A stretch of DNA of 37,801 nt from Eubacteriales bacterium (GTDB lineage Bacteria > Bacillota > Clostridia > Oscillospirales > QAKW01). Below the pieces are notes generated by a model. The model had not been told where the DNA came from, ran no database searches, and worked only from the letters and a program-made list of their open reading frames with translations. Of this stretch, positions 36,309-37,801 are shown piece after piece (the first letter of the stretch is position 1; the number at the start of each line of letters is the position of its first letter). A program made the translations under genes and the position numbers. Where the stretch lies: positions 1 through 37,801 of the forward strand of contig JAZNGR010000183.1 of NCBI GenBank assembly GCA_045576575.1, written 5' to 3'.

Positions 36309-36908
36309 ATGAAAATATTAACGATTCCTTATGGGAAACTGCCCCAAGAGCCTTCGGGGTATATCGACAATTATATGTGGGACTCCACCGGCTACTGCCC
36401 CAAAGGAGAACTCTATCTTTCTTATGATAAAGAAAATTTGTACATTAGACTTTTTGCGCCCATCACCGAAGAACTGACCATTCTCACCACCCAAGACAAC
36501 GGTCCGGTTTGGGAAGACAATTGCTTGGAATTTTTCTTTGCTCCCTTTGGCGCGGAAGACGATTATCTGAATATCGAATGTAATCCCGCCGCAGCCATGG
36601 TTATCGGCAAGGGAAACGGGCGCCATGATCGTGCCTCGGTTGTGGCTTTTCTCAAACCCCTTCTTGCACCCAAGACCGAGATTTTGCCGGGTAAGGGCTG
36701 GAGCGTAACCTATGCCTTCCCCTTTGCGGCCATCCGCGAGATCTTCGGCAAGCCCTTTATGGCCGAGAAAGGCGCGAAATTCTATTTCAACGCCTATCTT
36801 TGCGGGGAAAAGACCCCCATCATGCATTTTGGATCCTGGAGTCCCATTGAGACCGAAACGCCCGATTTCCATCGTCCCGAATTTTTTGGGTTGGGAGAAC
36901 TGGGCTGA
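36309..36908 (+). CDS. Carbohydrate-binding family 9-like (CBM9/DOMON-like) protein
   Basis: VWEDNCLEFF, YLNIECNP, NAYLCG, SWSPI, PDFHRPEFFG. Confidence 0.85.
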   Translation: MKILTIPYGKLPQEPSGYIDNYMWDSTGYCPKGELYLSYDKENLYIRLFAPITEELTILTTQDNGPVWEDNCLEFFFAPFGAEDDYLNIECNPAAAMVIGKGNGRHDRASVVAFLKPLLAPKTEILPGKGWSVTYAFPFAAIREIFGKPFMAEKGAKFYFNAYLCGEKTPIMHFGSWSPIETETPDFHRPEFFGLGELG

Positions 36909-37225
36909 TGGGATTTTTTAAAAAGAAAAAAGAGGGAGATGAAAACCTCACCCTCTTAAAGAAATTAGATAATCGGGGGCTTTCCTCCATTGCCCTTCGA
37001 GATCCTGTTACCTATCAGGAGCGGATCATCGGACGCAGTGGTGCCTTCAGCATTGCCGACAATACGCTGATCGTTTGCTGTAACAACGAGATTGTTTTTC
37101 GCCATCCTTTAAAGGACATTAAGGCGGCGGAATTGATGAACCTTTCGGGCATCATCTTAAGTGTCGGTAACGAGCGCTATATCGCTTACTATACCGACGG
37201 AAATATCAGGAAAGGAAATCCATAA
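36908..37225 (+). CDS. Hypothetical protein
   Basis: TGATG overlap with the upstream gene; GGGAG RBS. Confidence 0.65.
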   Translation: MGFFKKKKEGDENLTLLKKLDNRGLSSIALRDPVTYQERIIGRSGAFSIADNTLIVCCNNEIVFRHPLKDIKAAELMNLSGIILSVGNERYIAYYTDGNIRKGNP

Positions 37226-37226
37226 T

Positions 37227-37664
37227 ATGAAAAAAATCCTCTCTATATGCTTGATCCTCACCCTTAGCCTGACTCTTTGGGGCTGCAAGGAGACAAAAAA
37301 AGACCCTGCCGATCCCTTCGGGATCGCAAGCTATGAATGGGAATTTTCCCACGTGCAGGATGAGACGGGCGCTATTGTTTATTGCGCTAAGGAGAATACC
37401 GACCAATACCCTAATGCGCAGGTTTTGGCAGTGGATTGCACCGAAAAAGACGGCGCCATCCTATTGAAATGCGAGGGACAAAGTTGGTCGCTTCCTTACA
37501 GTGAATATACCGGCGGTCCCAACGGTACCATCTATATGCTGACCACCTCCGACGGATCGGTGGCACTGGCGCAGGTAAACCTTACCGACTTCGAGGACGG
37601 AACCGCCAAATACACTCTAACTGTTGCCGCAGGAACCACCGCCCTTTATTTCTACGAAAAATAA
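37227..37664 (+). CDS. Hypothetical lipoprotein
   Basis: AAAGGA RBS; MKKILSICLILTLSLTLWGC signal with lipobox. Confidence 0.75.
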   Translation: MKKILSICLILTLSLTLWGCKETKKDPADPFGIASYEWEFSHVQDETGAIVYCAKENTDQYPNAQVLAVDCTEKDGAILLKCEGQSWSLPYSEYTGGPNGTIYMLTTSDGSVALAQVNLTDFEDGTAKYTLTVAAGTTALYFYEK

Positions 37665-37666
37665 CA

Positions 37667-37701
37667 AAAAAGTCACGAACCTTTGGTTCCGGAACTTTTT
37701 T
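37667..37701. terminator. Imperfect bidirectional terminator
   Basis: AAAAAGT..CGAACC / GGTTCC..ACTTTTTT between convergent genes. Confidence 0.45.
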
Positions 37702-37801
37702 ATAAAATATTTCGAATCTCCAACAGAGAATCCACAATATGATCGGCAACTGCGCCCTTTTCGCGAGGGGATTTGCCAAAATTAAACCAACAAGTAGCAA
37801 T
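37700..37801 (-). CDS. C-terminal end of a probable HAD-family hydrolase (YjjG-like), starting beyond the window
   Basis: Hand translation IATCWFNFGKSPREKGAVADHIVDSLLEIRNIL*, which resembles HAD C-termini; not in the ORF track. Confidence 0.6.
   Translation of the reverse strand: MATCWFNFGKSPREKGAVADHIVDSLLEIRNIL

Noticed and set aside
37582-37800. 72-aa minus-strand ORF
   Set aside because: Wrong frame; the neighbouring frame gives a HAD-like C-terminus stopping at 37700, before the terminator

Overview
A 37.8-kb chromosomal window from a spore-forming Clostridia-like Firmicute, judged from spoVFAB with a sigmaK-type promoter, a T-box riboswitch and SigA consensus promoters. It is mostly housekeeping. 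It contains two tandem aromatic-amino-acid-type ABC operons (one under a Trp T-box), a zapA-maf/mreB-mreC-mreD-pbp2 operon, an AEC transporter, an AT-richer islet (ECF sigma, anti-sigma, secreted protein, and a divergent secreted His/Cys protease-like protein plus lipoprotein), hemolysin III, an Ldh_2 dehydrogenase with malic enzyme, topB with a small HTH gene, a split MacB-like ABC transporter, 5-formyl-THF cyclo-ligase, a polar amino-acid ABC operon, metF with a split metH, spoVFAB and several hypotheticals. The most notable observations are: (1) a family of 100-bp hairpin elements with terminal inverted repeats and compensatory changes, tandem on one side of topB-HTH and as a degenerate inverted copy on the other; (2) an in-frame Maf-MreB fusion ORF; (3) a twice-repeated candidate ECF promoter (GTYTAAAA-N14-CGTTATATAAA) defining a mini-regulon; (4) a secreted caspase/gingipain-fold-like protein with a partner lipoprotein; (5) HisR/TrpR-like operators with 8-bp periodicity over two ABC promoters. 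All family assignments come from reading motifs by eye; no database searches were run.
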